The translations under genes were made by a program, and so were the position numbers. Under the pieces are notes generated by a model, which saw only the letters and a program-made list of their open reading frames with translations, ran no database searches and was not told the origin of the DNA. From UHGV virus genome UHGV-0073462: 16,539 nucleotides of DNA, one strand, 5' to 3'. This document shows, piece by piece, positions 1-6,873 of this stretch. The DNA is from a virus. Position 1 is the first letter of the stretch. Every line of letters begins with the position of its first letter.

Positions 1-45
1 CGCACCACAGACCACCAGCAGAATAACGGTAAACGCGGAAAGCAT
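1..45 (-). CDS. 5'-partial small hydrophobic ORF running off the window edge (possible membrane protein; function unknown)
   Basis: Minus-strand ATG at 45 followed by codons M-L-S-A-F-T-V-I-L-L-V-V-C-G-A, all hydrophobic, continuing past position 1. Only a weak SD-like GGGGTGAG upstream. Very tentative. Confidence 0.2.
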   Translation of the reverse strand, partial: MLSAFTVILLVVCGA

Positions 46-56
46 TCGGTTTATGC

Positions 57-188
57 TCACCCCACCAGCCCTGCTGAAGTCAACGCCATCCAGGTTATGG
101 AAAGAAAAAGAGCAACCAGCATTAGTGAAAATGAAATACCGACGATTACACAAAGGCCCTTCGCCAGCATTATGAGTTTGTCTGACAT
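57..188 (-). CDS. small hydrophobic protein (43 aa), putative membrane peptide of unknown function
   Basis: Minus-strand ATG at 188 preceded by a strong Shine-Dalgarno (AAGAGGT, about 5-nt spacer). Translation MSDKLIMLAKGLCVIVGISFSLMLVALFLSITWMALTSAGLVG is almost entirely hydrophobic. Absent from the ORF track only because it is under 60 aa. Confidence 0.3.
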   Translation of the reverse strand: MSDKLIMLAKGLCVIVGISFSLMLVALFLSITWMALTSAGLVG

Positions 189-282
189 CTTTACCTCTTA
201 ATAGCAGTAATTAACCGGGCAACCACCCATAAAAACGGAATCAGCCAGACCAGCAAAAATTTCCAGTCCATTTTTATCATCT

Positions 283-978
283 TCATGCTGCGGTAGCTCT
301 CCATGCAGCAAGCAGACCAGCAATCCACTGAACACCTTTTGGGGTGAATTTAACCTGCGTAAAAGCATGACCATTGCCCGCCTCGCCCGTTTTCACGCTA
401 AACCGCCCCGCATCCAGGTGATACGAGTAAGGCGTCATTTTTCCAGCGAGGCGATACATTATTCCGTTCTCCAACAAAAACAGCCGGAAATCGGTTTCTT
501 TGATACCGAGTAACTTAGCAACTTCCCGGAATCCCATCAGACCAGATGCTTCAACATAGTTATCAACAAATTCAGCCTTCGGCGCTGCTATTGCCAGTTG
601 ATTTTCCAGCACTGCTTTCTGTTCAGCCAGTTTTGCCGCAAATCGCAACGCCTCAGGTAAAGTCCGGGGGATCTGAATACCATGCATCGCTTTGAGTCTT
701 GCCAGCACAGAACGACGAACGGCCTTTGACTCCCTCATGCCAACGAGCATCATCTGGTCAAAATCCAGATCATAGTATGCCGTTCTTGTCTGGTTATTGT
801 TTAACCGGAATTTTTTTCCGGTTCCATCAAGCTCTAGCTCATCCTCAATTTTTGCAAGAAACTTACGCGGTTCATGAGGGACTTCTCCGGCTTCTGCCCG
901 GGCTGGATTAATAATGTTATTCAGAAAATCCAGACTACTCATGGATATTTCATGATCGACAGAAATCATCTCTTTCAT
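283..978 (-). CDS. phage antirepressor-like protein with KilAC (ANT) type C-terminal domain
   Basis: 231-aa ORF with ATG at 978 and SD AGGA 7 nt upstream. The C-terminal half (LPEALRFAAKLAEQKAVLENQLAIAAPKAEFVDNYVEASGLMGFREVAKLLGIKETDFRLFLLENGIMYR) resembles the KilAC/ANT domain of phage antirepressors. Assignment from memory of the family, not a search. Confidence 0.65.
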   Translation of the reverse strand: MKEMISVDHEISMSSLDFLNNIINPARAEAGEVPHEPRKFLAKIEDELELDGTGKKFRLNNNQTRTAYYDLDFDQMMLVGMRESKAVRRSVLARLKAMHGIQIPRTLPEALRFAAKLAEQKAVLENQLAIAAPKAEFVDNYVEASGLMGFREVAKLLGIKETDFRLFLLENGIMYRLAGKMTPYSYHLDAGRFSVKTGEAGNGHAFTQVKFTPKGVQWIAGLLAAWRATAA

Positions 979-1110
979 GGTTGATTCCTTTTAGTGATGA
1001 ACCCTGCGCACAGGAATAACCAGCCCAAAGAGGGTTAACCAGACCACTGCCGGTTATCCACCAGGGCTCATCCTGAAAGGTTCTTTGGTTTATTTACGCT
1101 TGTGCGAAGC

Positions 1111-1141
1111 GCAGAAATGACAAAGGCACCATTACGGTGCC
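1111..1141 (-). terminator. putative intrinsic terminator downstream of the endolysin gene
   Basis: On the minus strand, GGCACC-GTAAT-GGTGCC hairpin (plus 1125-1141) followed by TTTGTCATTT. The T-tract is modest. Confidence 0.4.
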
Positions 1142-1251
1142 TCTGCGTGAAATAATCTGCCTAACTTTATTCACTTACATTTTGCCAGTTCGCAGGATTT
1201 CGTGTTATCCGCCCGCGCTGGCCAACGTCATTTTTCAGCAAAATATTCTGC

Positions 1252-1785
1252 TTATCTGTCGATTCCCCAGCACGCCAGAGCGCTCTCCTGGTCACGACGG
1301 GATACCTGACCATAACAGTTATTTGAGCGAATACGGCAGTCCCTGCCACCGTCCTTAATCCACCAGCGAATCGCCTCACACGCTCCCCTGCGATCGCCTG
1401 CATTAATTCGTTTATAAAACGTCGACGGGAAACACTTACCGGGACCAATGTTATACGGACAGAATGACGCGATCCCCGCTTTCTGGGGTTCGGTCAGCGG
1501 CACTCTGATGTTTTTCTCCACCCACGCCAGCGCTTTATCACGCTCAATGGCGTTAACCTGGTCGCATTTTTCCTTCGACAACTTCATGCCCGGAACGACA
1601 GGTTTGCCATCCACCACCGTGGCACCCCGGCAGATGGTCCATATACCAGAACCATCACGGTATGCTGTGGTGTGGTTACCTTCTTTTTCATCCAGAAACT
1701 GGTCGAGAATGTCAGGCGCAGATGCGCCTGCAGTAATCAGCGCCAGAATGGCAGCCGACAGGCCGTATCTGATTTTTGCGTTCAT
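1252..1785 (-). CDS. R: SAR endolysin, T4-type lysozyme (GH24), phage 21 R-like
   Basis: 177-aa ORF with ATG at 1785. N-terminal hydrophobic signal-anchor-release segment (MNAKIRYGLSAAILALITAGASAPD). E-x8-D-x5-T catalytic spacing in EGNHTTAYRDGSGIWT, typical of T4-like lysozymes. Sits in a lysis cassette with a pinholin. Confidence 0.85.
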   Translation of the reverse strand: MNAKIRYGLSAAILALITAGASAPDILDQFLDEKEGNHTTAYRDGSGIWTICRGATVVDGKPVVPGMKLSKEKCDQVNAIERDKALAWVEKNIRVPLTEPQKAGIASFCPYNIGPGKCFPSTFYKRINAGDRRGACEAIRWWIKDGGRDCRIRSNNCYGQVSRRDQESALACWGIDR

Positions 1786-2018
1786 GGATATTTATCAGGA
1801 TTTATCGGTTCCGAATCCCTGGATATGTTAAGTCTTCAGCCCGCCAGTGGTGGGCACTGGCGTAAACTCAACAATGCGAGATGGCTGCCTCGCAAAGATA
1901 ATCAAAGCAATGGATGCACTAAGTAAAAATAACGCTGTGTCAGATTACCTGATCGCCGAAATGGAACATCTAATTAAAGAAATACCAAAGACAGTTGCTC
2001 GTGATGATAAAAGATTCC

Positions 2019-2549
2019 TCAAGGCTGCTGAAGATGCTCTTTCAACAGTGAAGCGCAGCTTAGATGCGCCGCGCGATCAAGAATAGTTTCTTTCATTTCA
2101 TCTGCTGCAAGCACCTCATTTTTTGTTGGGGTGCTTTTTTTCAATTCAGCGATATAGCACTCCAGTTTTTCAATGCGTGATTCAATATCATCGTTTTCTG
2201 ACCGCAATGCCGTCGGTGGCGTCTTCAGAGAACCAGTAATTATTCCCGGTAGTTTTCCTCTGTAGGTTATCAACACATCCTGCGCCTCTAAAATTATGGG
2301 GCGCTTTTCCGGCGACTGCTCATCCCCTTCACATAACCCGGCAGCAATATCCATGAAAAACTGCTTCGCCTGCTTTTTCGCCTCAGCTTCGTAAAATTCC
2401 AGCGTGGCACCTTCAGTACGGTCAAGACTAATCGCCACATATGGCGACAACAACGACGGCTGCCCGGCAATTTCCAGTGCCACAGTAACAGTAATCTTAT
2501 CCGGGTAATTATTTATCCCTTTAACAACCAGTTCGTATTGTTTATTCAT
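2019..2549 (-). CDS. hypothetical protein (176 aa) encoded between holin and endolysin
   Basis: ATG at 2549 with SD GGAGAG 6 nt upstream; this SD overlaps the holin stop (TAG at 2553-2555), so it is likely co-translated with S. No motif I recognise; C-terminal part predicted helical. Possibly related to small prophage proteins found between holin and lysozyme in some E. coli prophages, but I cannot verify this. Confidence 0.6.
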   Translation of the reverse strand: MNKQYELVVKGINNYPDKITVTVALEIAGQPSLLSPYVAISLDRTEGATLEFYEAEAKKQAKQFFMDIAAGLCEGDEQSPEKRPIILEAQDVLITYRGKLPGIITGSLKTPPTALRSENDDIESRIEKLECYIAELKKSTPTKNEVLAADEMKETILDRAAHLSCASLLKEHLQQP

Positions 2550-2552
2550 CGT

Positions 2553-2768
2553 CTACTCTCCACGCGCCGCCTTACGCCGGTCTTCTTTAATTTTGAAATA
2601 CAGGTTCGTCAGATATGTCAGCAGACCAAACAGCAGACTCCCCAGCACGCCTATTGCCGCCCACTGAGACGGGGAAACCCTGTCCAGCAACTGCAGGAAC
2701 CAGTAGCCCGTTCCCACCGCTGACGTGGTGTATGACACACCTGTTGTGATTTTTTCCATCTGGTACAT
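2553..2768 (-). CDS. S: class II holin (pinholin), phage 21 S-like, with dual-start motif
   Basis: 71-aa product [71 protein letters not shown] closely resembles the S21 pinholin (two TMDs, charged C-terminal tail). Met1/Met4 dual starts fit the antiholin/holin pair. SD GGGAG upstream. Confidence 0.85.
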   Translation of the reverse strand: MYQMEKITTGVSYTTSAVGTGYWFLQLLDRVSPSQWAAIGVLGSLLFGLLTYLTNLYFKIKEDRRKAARGE

Positions 2769-2843
2769 ACCCCGTCTCCCGCAATCCGGAAGCTCACAAC
2801 AACAAGAGGGGCATCAGCTCACACCGACAGCCCCTGCGCATGG

Positions 2844-3113
2844 TTACATCATCATTTCGCCGTCAGGCTGAGGCTCACTGCCACCATCAGGCTGAGACAC
2901 GACACCATCTGAAACAGCACTGTCACCCGCACCGTCTTCAGGCCCGTGAGCAGCCGTTACCCCCAGCAGTTCATCAAGAATGGCATCCACTTCAGCATCA
3001 AGACGCGCCTCAAGATTCTGACGAAGTTGCTGTTTCAGTGCGCTCCTGACTTCTTCAGAGCGCAGAACATCCTTCACTGCTTCAGCAGTGACCAGCGATT
3101 TTATTTCTGACAT
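2844..3113 (-). CDS. hypothetical acidic, helical protein (about 89 aa) upstream of holin
   Basis: The track ORF 2844..3227 begins at a TTG; the first ATG (MSEIKSLVTAEAV...) is at 3113. Product is helical with an acidic, Gly/Asp/Pro-rich tail. No recognised domain; start uncertain. Confidence 0.4.
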   Translation of the reverse strand: MSEIKSLVTAEAVKDVLRSEEVRSALKQQLRQNLEARLDAEVDAILDELLGVTAAHGPEDGAGDSAVSDGVVSQPDGGSEPQPDGEMMM

Positions 3114-3150
3114 GGTATTTTCTCGTTGAAAGGTGTTGTTAAGAAAGTTG

Positions 3151-3333
3151 CTACGGAATGAGAGGCTCTTCGGGTTTTGTTCCGGCTGACTGACTGGCGC
3201 TGATTTTCTCAGCGGCCCTTTTGTCAATCTGTCTGCACCAGAAATCTCTCACGACTCTGTACCCACCAGAAAGAAGATACAGCACACAAACTGCTGTACA
3301 GAAATACAATAAAATAAGCTGTAAAAATGTCAT
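3151..3333 (-). CDS. small membrane protein (60 aa), unknown function
   Basis: ATG at 3333 with strong SD GGAGGG about 5 nt upstream. N-terminal hydrophobic helix (LQLILLYFCTAVCVLYLLSGGY) followed by a charged tail. Confidence 0.5.
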   Translation of the reverse strand: MTFLQLILLYFCTAVCVLYLLSGGYRVVRDFWCRQIDKRAAEKISASQSAGTKPEEPLIP

Positions 3334-3418
3334 TATCCCTCCCAGTTATTGATATGGTGTTGACATCGTTAATACCTGTTGGTTAAAAAAGCGTCCTGCA
3401 TGTTTTGCTTTGGATGTG

Positions 3419-3470
3419 ACAACCTTTGCCGCCGGTTTCTTGTTTTCCCTTTCCCGGCGGCATTTTTTTA
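3419..3470 (+). terminator. plus-strand intrinsic-terminator-like hairpin inside the minus-strand late operon
   Basis: GCCGCCGG...CCGGCGGC 8-bp stem with an 18-19-nt loop, followed on the plus strand by ATTTTTTTA. On the minus strand it is not followed by a T-run. Confidence 0.4.
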
Positions 3471-3476
3471 TCCTGC

Positions 3477-5420
3477 TTACGCGTTATTCACTTCCACCAC
3501 AATGCTGTCAATCAGCACCGGGTATGTTGCACCGTTAGTGATATCGGTCACGCGCAACTTGTCTGCCGTAAACGTGCCGACCGGAGACTGCGACAGCATG
3601 AACGGTGTCCCGTCCTGTCCATCAATCACCGGCGTCACCTGAATGCTGTTATTACCGGCAAAACGGAATGCCAGCGTATGCCATTCGTTATTAAATGCAC
3701 CGAATGAACCCAGCTTCGTGTTCTGGCCTGGATTACCCTTGTGGTACATCACGTTAAGGTCTGTGGCATCGCTCTGAACATAAAACGATGCCAGCAGGTT
3801 ATGACCGGCATTACCTTCCAGGGTAACCCCTTGTGGCAGGGCAGAAACCGGCCAGTACAGCGCCAGTGCGTACTGATTAGCCGTCAGTGTGCCGTCAACC
3901 TTAAACCGGCAGCTGACAAGACCACCTTTACCCAGCAGGTCTGCACCATTACCGGCATCATGCTCAAGGTACCAGGAGGATTTACCTGTTTCCTTGGTCA
4001 GTTTCATTGCCTTACCCCCGCTGGCTCCGGCATCATCCACGATTTGAGACTTGCCACCACCGGCAGTCCAGCCCTGTGGTGCCAGCTGTCCTTCAGACTC
4101 TGATGCCCGGTAAGCAAGCAACGTGCTCATTGTCGTTGTGTCAGCCGGTGGTGTGGACGGTTTTGATGGTGTATCAGGTGACGGCTTCTCATCCGGTGGT
4201 GTCACGGTCTGCCCGCGCATCAGTTCAGCCGTGCGCCCTGCATGGAGCATAATAGCTGAGGCCAGACGGTCTGAAATGACGCCCCTGCGTGCCCATGAGC
4301 TGAAATGGCTGTCACGCTGTGTCGAAACAAAACTGCCCTGGGTTCGGGATGCCGCACCGTAATACCCGACAGCCACAATATCCGGGTCTTCCGCCGGAGC
4401 ATTCGTTGGCGTGTTCTGTCCATTCTCATCCGTCAGGAACGGTACAAAGAAAATATTCTGTGCGGTCAGATTTTTATATGCGCCATAGACTGTTTCATAC
4501 TGCGTGGCATACGTGTTTTTCCAGTAATACGTGGTATCACCACAAATCCACGGCACCGTGCCAGCATTTCCACTCACGCACTGCGCTGCAAGTGGAGACA
4601 GGTCGGTTCTGAACTGCTGAACCATGGCTGTGAATAAACCATTATGCTGCTGACTTCCTGAAGCAAGGTCTGCCTCTCCCTGCATCCATACCACAGCCAG
4701 AAGTTTATTTTTCGGGTTCTTCGCCAGCGCCGCTCTGGTGCGACTGAGCAGGTCCTGATACAGGGGTTTACCGGCTCCCCAGCGTGAAGAATCAGCGGAA
4801 GCACCGCTGACCTCACTGAATGAGCCGTCGGCTCCGGTGGTAAATGCCGAACTGCCACGGCAACAGGACACCAGAAGTATACCGGCATTCTGCGGGATAT
4901 AAGGCAGCAGTTTTTTGGCAATATGCAGCCCCTGACCGACAGTCCCGTACTGGCCCTTACTCAGGTCTGCATGAGGATGGTTAAGTGCGCTCATGTCCTG
5001 AACATCATGCAGACAGTGGTCTGCCGGAATAACGTCATTGTATGCACAGGTATCACCACCCGGCGTCACAGTGCTGCGACGGGCCAGCTGCTTAATACGG
5101 GAGTCAGGTCGATCATAGGTCTGCGGCAGAGGAAGCCCCTCACCATAGGCCATACCGTTCGACTGCCCGGCCAGGGGAATAACGTAGTAATACTCCGGTT
5201 CAGTGATAGCCACTCCCGGAGAGCCACCAGCCCCTGTGTCGGGCACAACCACAGGCGTGGTCACATCACCCTCTGCGGCAATAGCCTGCATCAGTGTATA
5301 AGGAGTGATAGCCACAGGACTGCCAAATGGCTGCCACCCCTCCTTCAGTTTTTGAGTCAGTCGCTCCGCAAGGTCTGACGGCGACGCCGCCCTGACCACA
5401 TCGTAGTGTTTAAATGTCAT
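3477..5420 (-). CDS. nanS: prophage sialate O-acetylesterase (NanS-p / YjhS family; DUF1737 N-terminus plus SASA/SGNH esterase domain)
   Basis: 647-aa ORF with ATG at 5420 and SD GGGAGG. N-terminus MTFKHYDVVRAASPSDLAERLTQKLKEGWQPFG is DUF1737-like. Esterase motif YYYVIPLAGQSNGMAYGEGLPLP contains the GQSN catalytic-serine block. Position between Q/late leader and the holin matches NanS-p genes of Stx-type lambdoid prophages. Confidence 0.85.
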   Translation of the reverse strand: MTFKHYDVVRAASPSDLAERLTQKLKEGWQPFGSPVAITPYTLMQAIAAEGDVTTPVVVPDTGAGGSPGVAITEPEYYYVIPLAGQSNGMAYGEGLPLPQTYDRPDSRIKQLARRSTVTPGGDTCAYNDVIPADHCLHDVQDMSALNHPHADLSKGQYGTVGQGLHIAKKLLPYIPQNAGILLVSCCRGSSAFTTGADGSFSEVSGASADSSRWGAGKPLYQDLLSRTRAALAKNPKNKLLAVVWMQGEADLASGSQQHNGLFTAMVQQFRTDLSPLAAQCVSGNAGTVPWICGDTTYYWKNTYATQYETVYGAYKNLTAQNIFFVPFLTDENGQNTPTNAPAEDPDIVAVGYYGAASRTQGSFVSTQRDSHFSSWARRGVISDRLASAIMLHAGRTAELMRGQTVTPPDEKPSPDTPSKPSTPPADTTTMSTLLAYRASESEGQLAPQGWTAGGGKSQIVDDAGASGGKAMKLTKETGKSSWYLEHDAGNGADLLGKGGLVSCRFKVDGTLTANQYALALYWPVSALPQGVTLEGNAGHNLLASFYVQSDATDLNVMYHKGNPGQNTKLGSFGAFNNEWHTLAFRFAGNNSIQVTPVIDGQDGTPFMLSQSPVGTFTADKLRVTDITNGATYPVLIDSIVVEVNNA

Positions 5421-5520
5421 GAATCCTCCCGGTCGGGATAATGTTGTGAGTCAGATAAGGAGCGAGCTGAAGTCCGGAAGTTACAGGACAATGGCAGGAG
5501 GAAGACTACAGCCCGCAATA

Positions 5521-5547
5521 CGAAAAAGGCCGCGCAGTTGCGCAGCC
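5521..5547 (-). terminator. putative intrinsic terminator about 100 bp upstream of nanS-p on the coding strand
   Basis: Minus strand: GGCTGCGCAACTGCGCGGCC (8-bp stem, 4-nt loop) followed by TTTTTCG. Confidence 0.45.
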
Positions 5548-5602
5548 TTATGAATTCTGGTTAAAATCCATTCGATTATAAAAATGTATATCTCATGCTG
5601 TT

Positions 5603-5628
5603 GCCCGAACCCACTCGGGCTTTTTTTT
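5603..5628 (+). terminator. plus-strand intrinsic terminator (hairpin plus T8)
   Basis: GCCCGA-ACCCAC-TCGGGC hairpin followed by TTTTTTTT on the plus strand. Lies back-to-back with the minus-strand hairpin at 5641-5658. Confidence 0.5.
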
Positions 5629-5633
5629 GCCCA

Positions 5634-5658
5634 CAAGAAAGCCCCTCCGGAGAGGGGC
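5634..5658 (-). terminator. intrinsic terminator at the end of repeat module B
   Basis: Minus strand: GC-rich palindromic hairpin GCCCCTCTCCGGAGGGGC followed by TTTCTTG. Confidence 0.5.
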
Positions 5659-5870
5659 TAAAGCCGCGTATCTGTATCATCATGCACATGGTGCCGGGTG
5701 CCTCCCGGTGAGTTCAGCCAGGTGCCACTAAACCCGCGTCATTCTCGTTTTGATAATCAGAGATTATACCGTCACCAGTCGCCCCTCCGCTCAGGGGGAT
5801 TCACCATGCGAAATTTTTTTAACAAATGCCCAGTCTGACAGGCAACTGTCAACTTACTGAATTGTGAGCA
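5634..5870. repeat. late-leader repeat module, copy B (direct repeat of 6116-6352)
   Basis: Blocks shared with copy A at a constant offset of about 482 bp: palindromic hairpin GCCCCTCCGGAGAGGGGC, CATGGTGCCGGGTGCCTCCCGGTGAGTTCAG, GCCCCTCCGC(T/A)CAGGGGGATTCACCATGC, and TTGAC(A/T)...CTGAATTGTGAG. Minus-strand reading runs from a TTGACA -35-like hexamer to the terminator hairpin about 200 nt downstream. Confidence 0.6.
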
Positions 5871-5903
5871 ACATAGCATTTAACGGGGAACCTGTTTTCT
5901 GCA

Positions 5904-5932
5904 GTAAAAAGGCCCACCGGAGCGGATGGGCC
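5904..5932 (-). terminator. putative intrinsic terminator between the two repeat modules
   Basis: Minus strand: GGCCCA...TGGGCC hairpin followed by TTTTTAC. Confidence 0.45.
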
Positions 5933-6115
5933 TGGAAGGATAGCGGTCATGTGATGCCGGTTTCCCGGTAACTCAGCACCGGTATCTGAGTCAACGTTTT
6001 CTCTACTGGGTCATTTCCGATACACCTGCCTGCTGACAGGCTTTCATCACATCTGAAAATATAGCACCCTGACTGATACTGTAGTACCCAAGGTTCCAGA
6101 AACTGTGATGTATCC

Positions 6116-6352
6116 GGCACAGAAAAGCCCCTCCGGAGAGGGGCTGGAGAGTGGCGCTATGTGCCATTGCATGGTGCCGGGTGCCTCCCGGTGAGTTCAG
6201 TATCAGCACCTGAACCCGCACAGAAAGGATAAGGGTCGGTGACAAAACACCAGTTGCTGATTGCCCCTCCGCACAGGGGGATTCACCATGCCAGTTTCTT
6301 TTAACAAACTCCCCGCAAACCAGACAACAGTCAACCGCCTGAATTGTGAGGT
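6116..6352. repeat. late-leader repeat module, copy A (direct repeat of 5634-5870)
   Basis: Same conserved blocks as copy B in the same order. The TATAAT present in copy B is replaced by CTTATC here. Flanking sequence on the Q side (about 6353-6400) is still weakly similar to the inter-module spacer, so the duplicated unit is roughly 480 bp. Confidence 0.6.
6120..6144 (-). terminator. intrinsic terminator at the end of repeat module A
   Basis: Minus strand: GCCCCTCTCCGGAGGGGC hairpin followed by TTTTCTG. Confidence 0.5.
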
Positions 6353-6474
6353 ATTTAAAAATTTCAACGGGTAACTGATACCCTGCTAATCGCCTGATGC
6401 TTTCTTTTTCAGCAACGGGAAAGCAACAACCACCACACCCACCAGCCGCCCATTTACCACAAATAAAAAAGCCT

Positions 6475-6672
6475 TCACTGCGGAAGGCGTCTGTAACAAC
6501 CGAACTGATAGTCTGCCAGACCCGCCATAACCAGCTGGGTCAGTATTAACTGGCAGCGTTCGCGTGAAAGGTAAGTATTCTGCGCTATCTCCCCGACTGT
6601 CGCCGGTTCGGTGACGCTTAATTCATTAAACACCACTCTGGCGGTTTCTGTCATATCCTGCTGTTTTAGCAT
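6475..6672 (-). CDS. small hypothetical protein (about 65 aa), possible helix-turn-helix DNA-binding protein
   Basis: First ATG at 6672 (MLKQQDMTETARVV...); upstream SD is weak (AAGGG). The segment TVGEIAQNTYLSRERCQLILTQLVMAGLA looks HTH-like. The longer track ORF (to 6762) would run into the terminator after Q. Confidence 0.35.
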   Translation of the reverse strand: MLKQQDMTETARVVFNELSVTEPATVGEIAQNTYLSRERCQLILTQLVMAGLADYQFGCYRRLPQ

Positions 6673-6790
6673 GTCTTTTTCCCTTTTCCGGTTAACGTGA
6701 CATACCAATAACTCTTGTCTAAAAAGCCAGCAAGCTGAAAGACAGGTATTCACCACCAGCACGTTTACTGTACTGATGCGATTTCAGTCA

Positions 6791-6813
6791 TAAAAAACCC
6801 GCCAGGCGGCGGG
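6791..6813 (-). terminator. intrinsic terminator about 60 bp downstream of Q
   Basis: Minus strand: CCCGCC-GCCT-GGCGGG hairpin followed by TTTTTTA. Confidence 0.55.
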
Positions 6814-6873
6814 TTTAAGTTGTGTGGCGTAGTAACCACTCTTAACATACTGACATACTTTTTGCGGACCGCG

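Noticed and set aside
1137-1831. Track ORFs 1137..1358(+), 1167..1448(-), 1448..1831(+), 1672..1926(+)
   Set aside because: They overlap the well-supported endolysin gene in other frames or strands, have low-complexity or Arg/Ser-rich composition and no ribosome-binding sites; treated as shadow ORFs.
3379-5378. Numerous plus- and minus-strand ORFs inside nanS-p (e.g. 3741..4103, 4305..4637, 4574..4921, 4923..5378)
   Set aside because: All lie within or antisense to the 647-aa esterase gene, which has strong family motifs; compositions are Arg/Cys/His-rich, typical of out-of-frame translation.
5857-5880. Resemblance of GAATTGTGAGC (in both repeat modules) to the start of the lac operator
   Set aside because: Only a partial half-site match with no symmetric partner; considered coincidental.
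6003-6245. 80-aa minus-strand ORF spanning repeat module A
   Set aside because: It crosses the GC-rich terminator hairpin and conserved non-coding blocks and has no equivalent ORF in module B, so it is more likely a chance ORF in structured non-coding DNA.
5421-6873. tRNA genes (ileZ/argN/argO-like) or stx genes, as found between Q and nanS-p in Stx phages
   Set aside because: No segment folds by eye into a cloverleaf with a GTTC-type T-loop and acceptor stem, and no ORF of stxA (~320 aa) or stxB (~90 aa) size exists here. The conserved CACCGGGAGGCACCCGGCACCA block ends in CCA but lacks tRNA architecture. tRNAscan-SE would be decisive.
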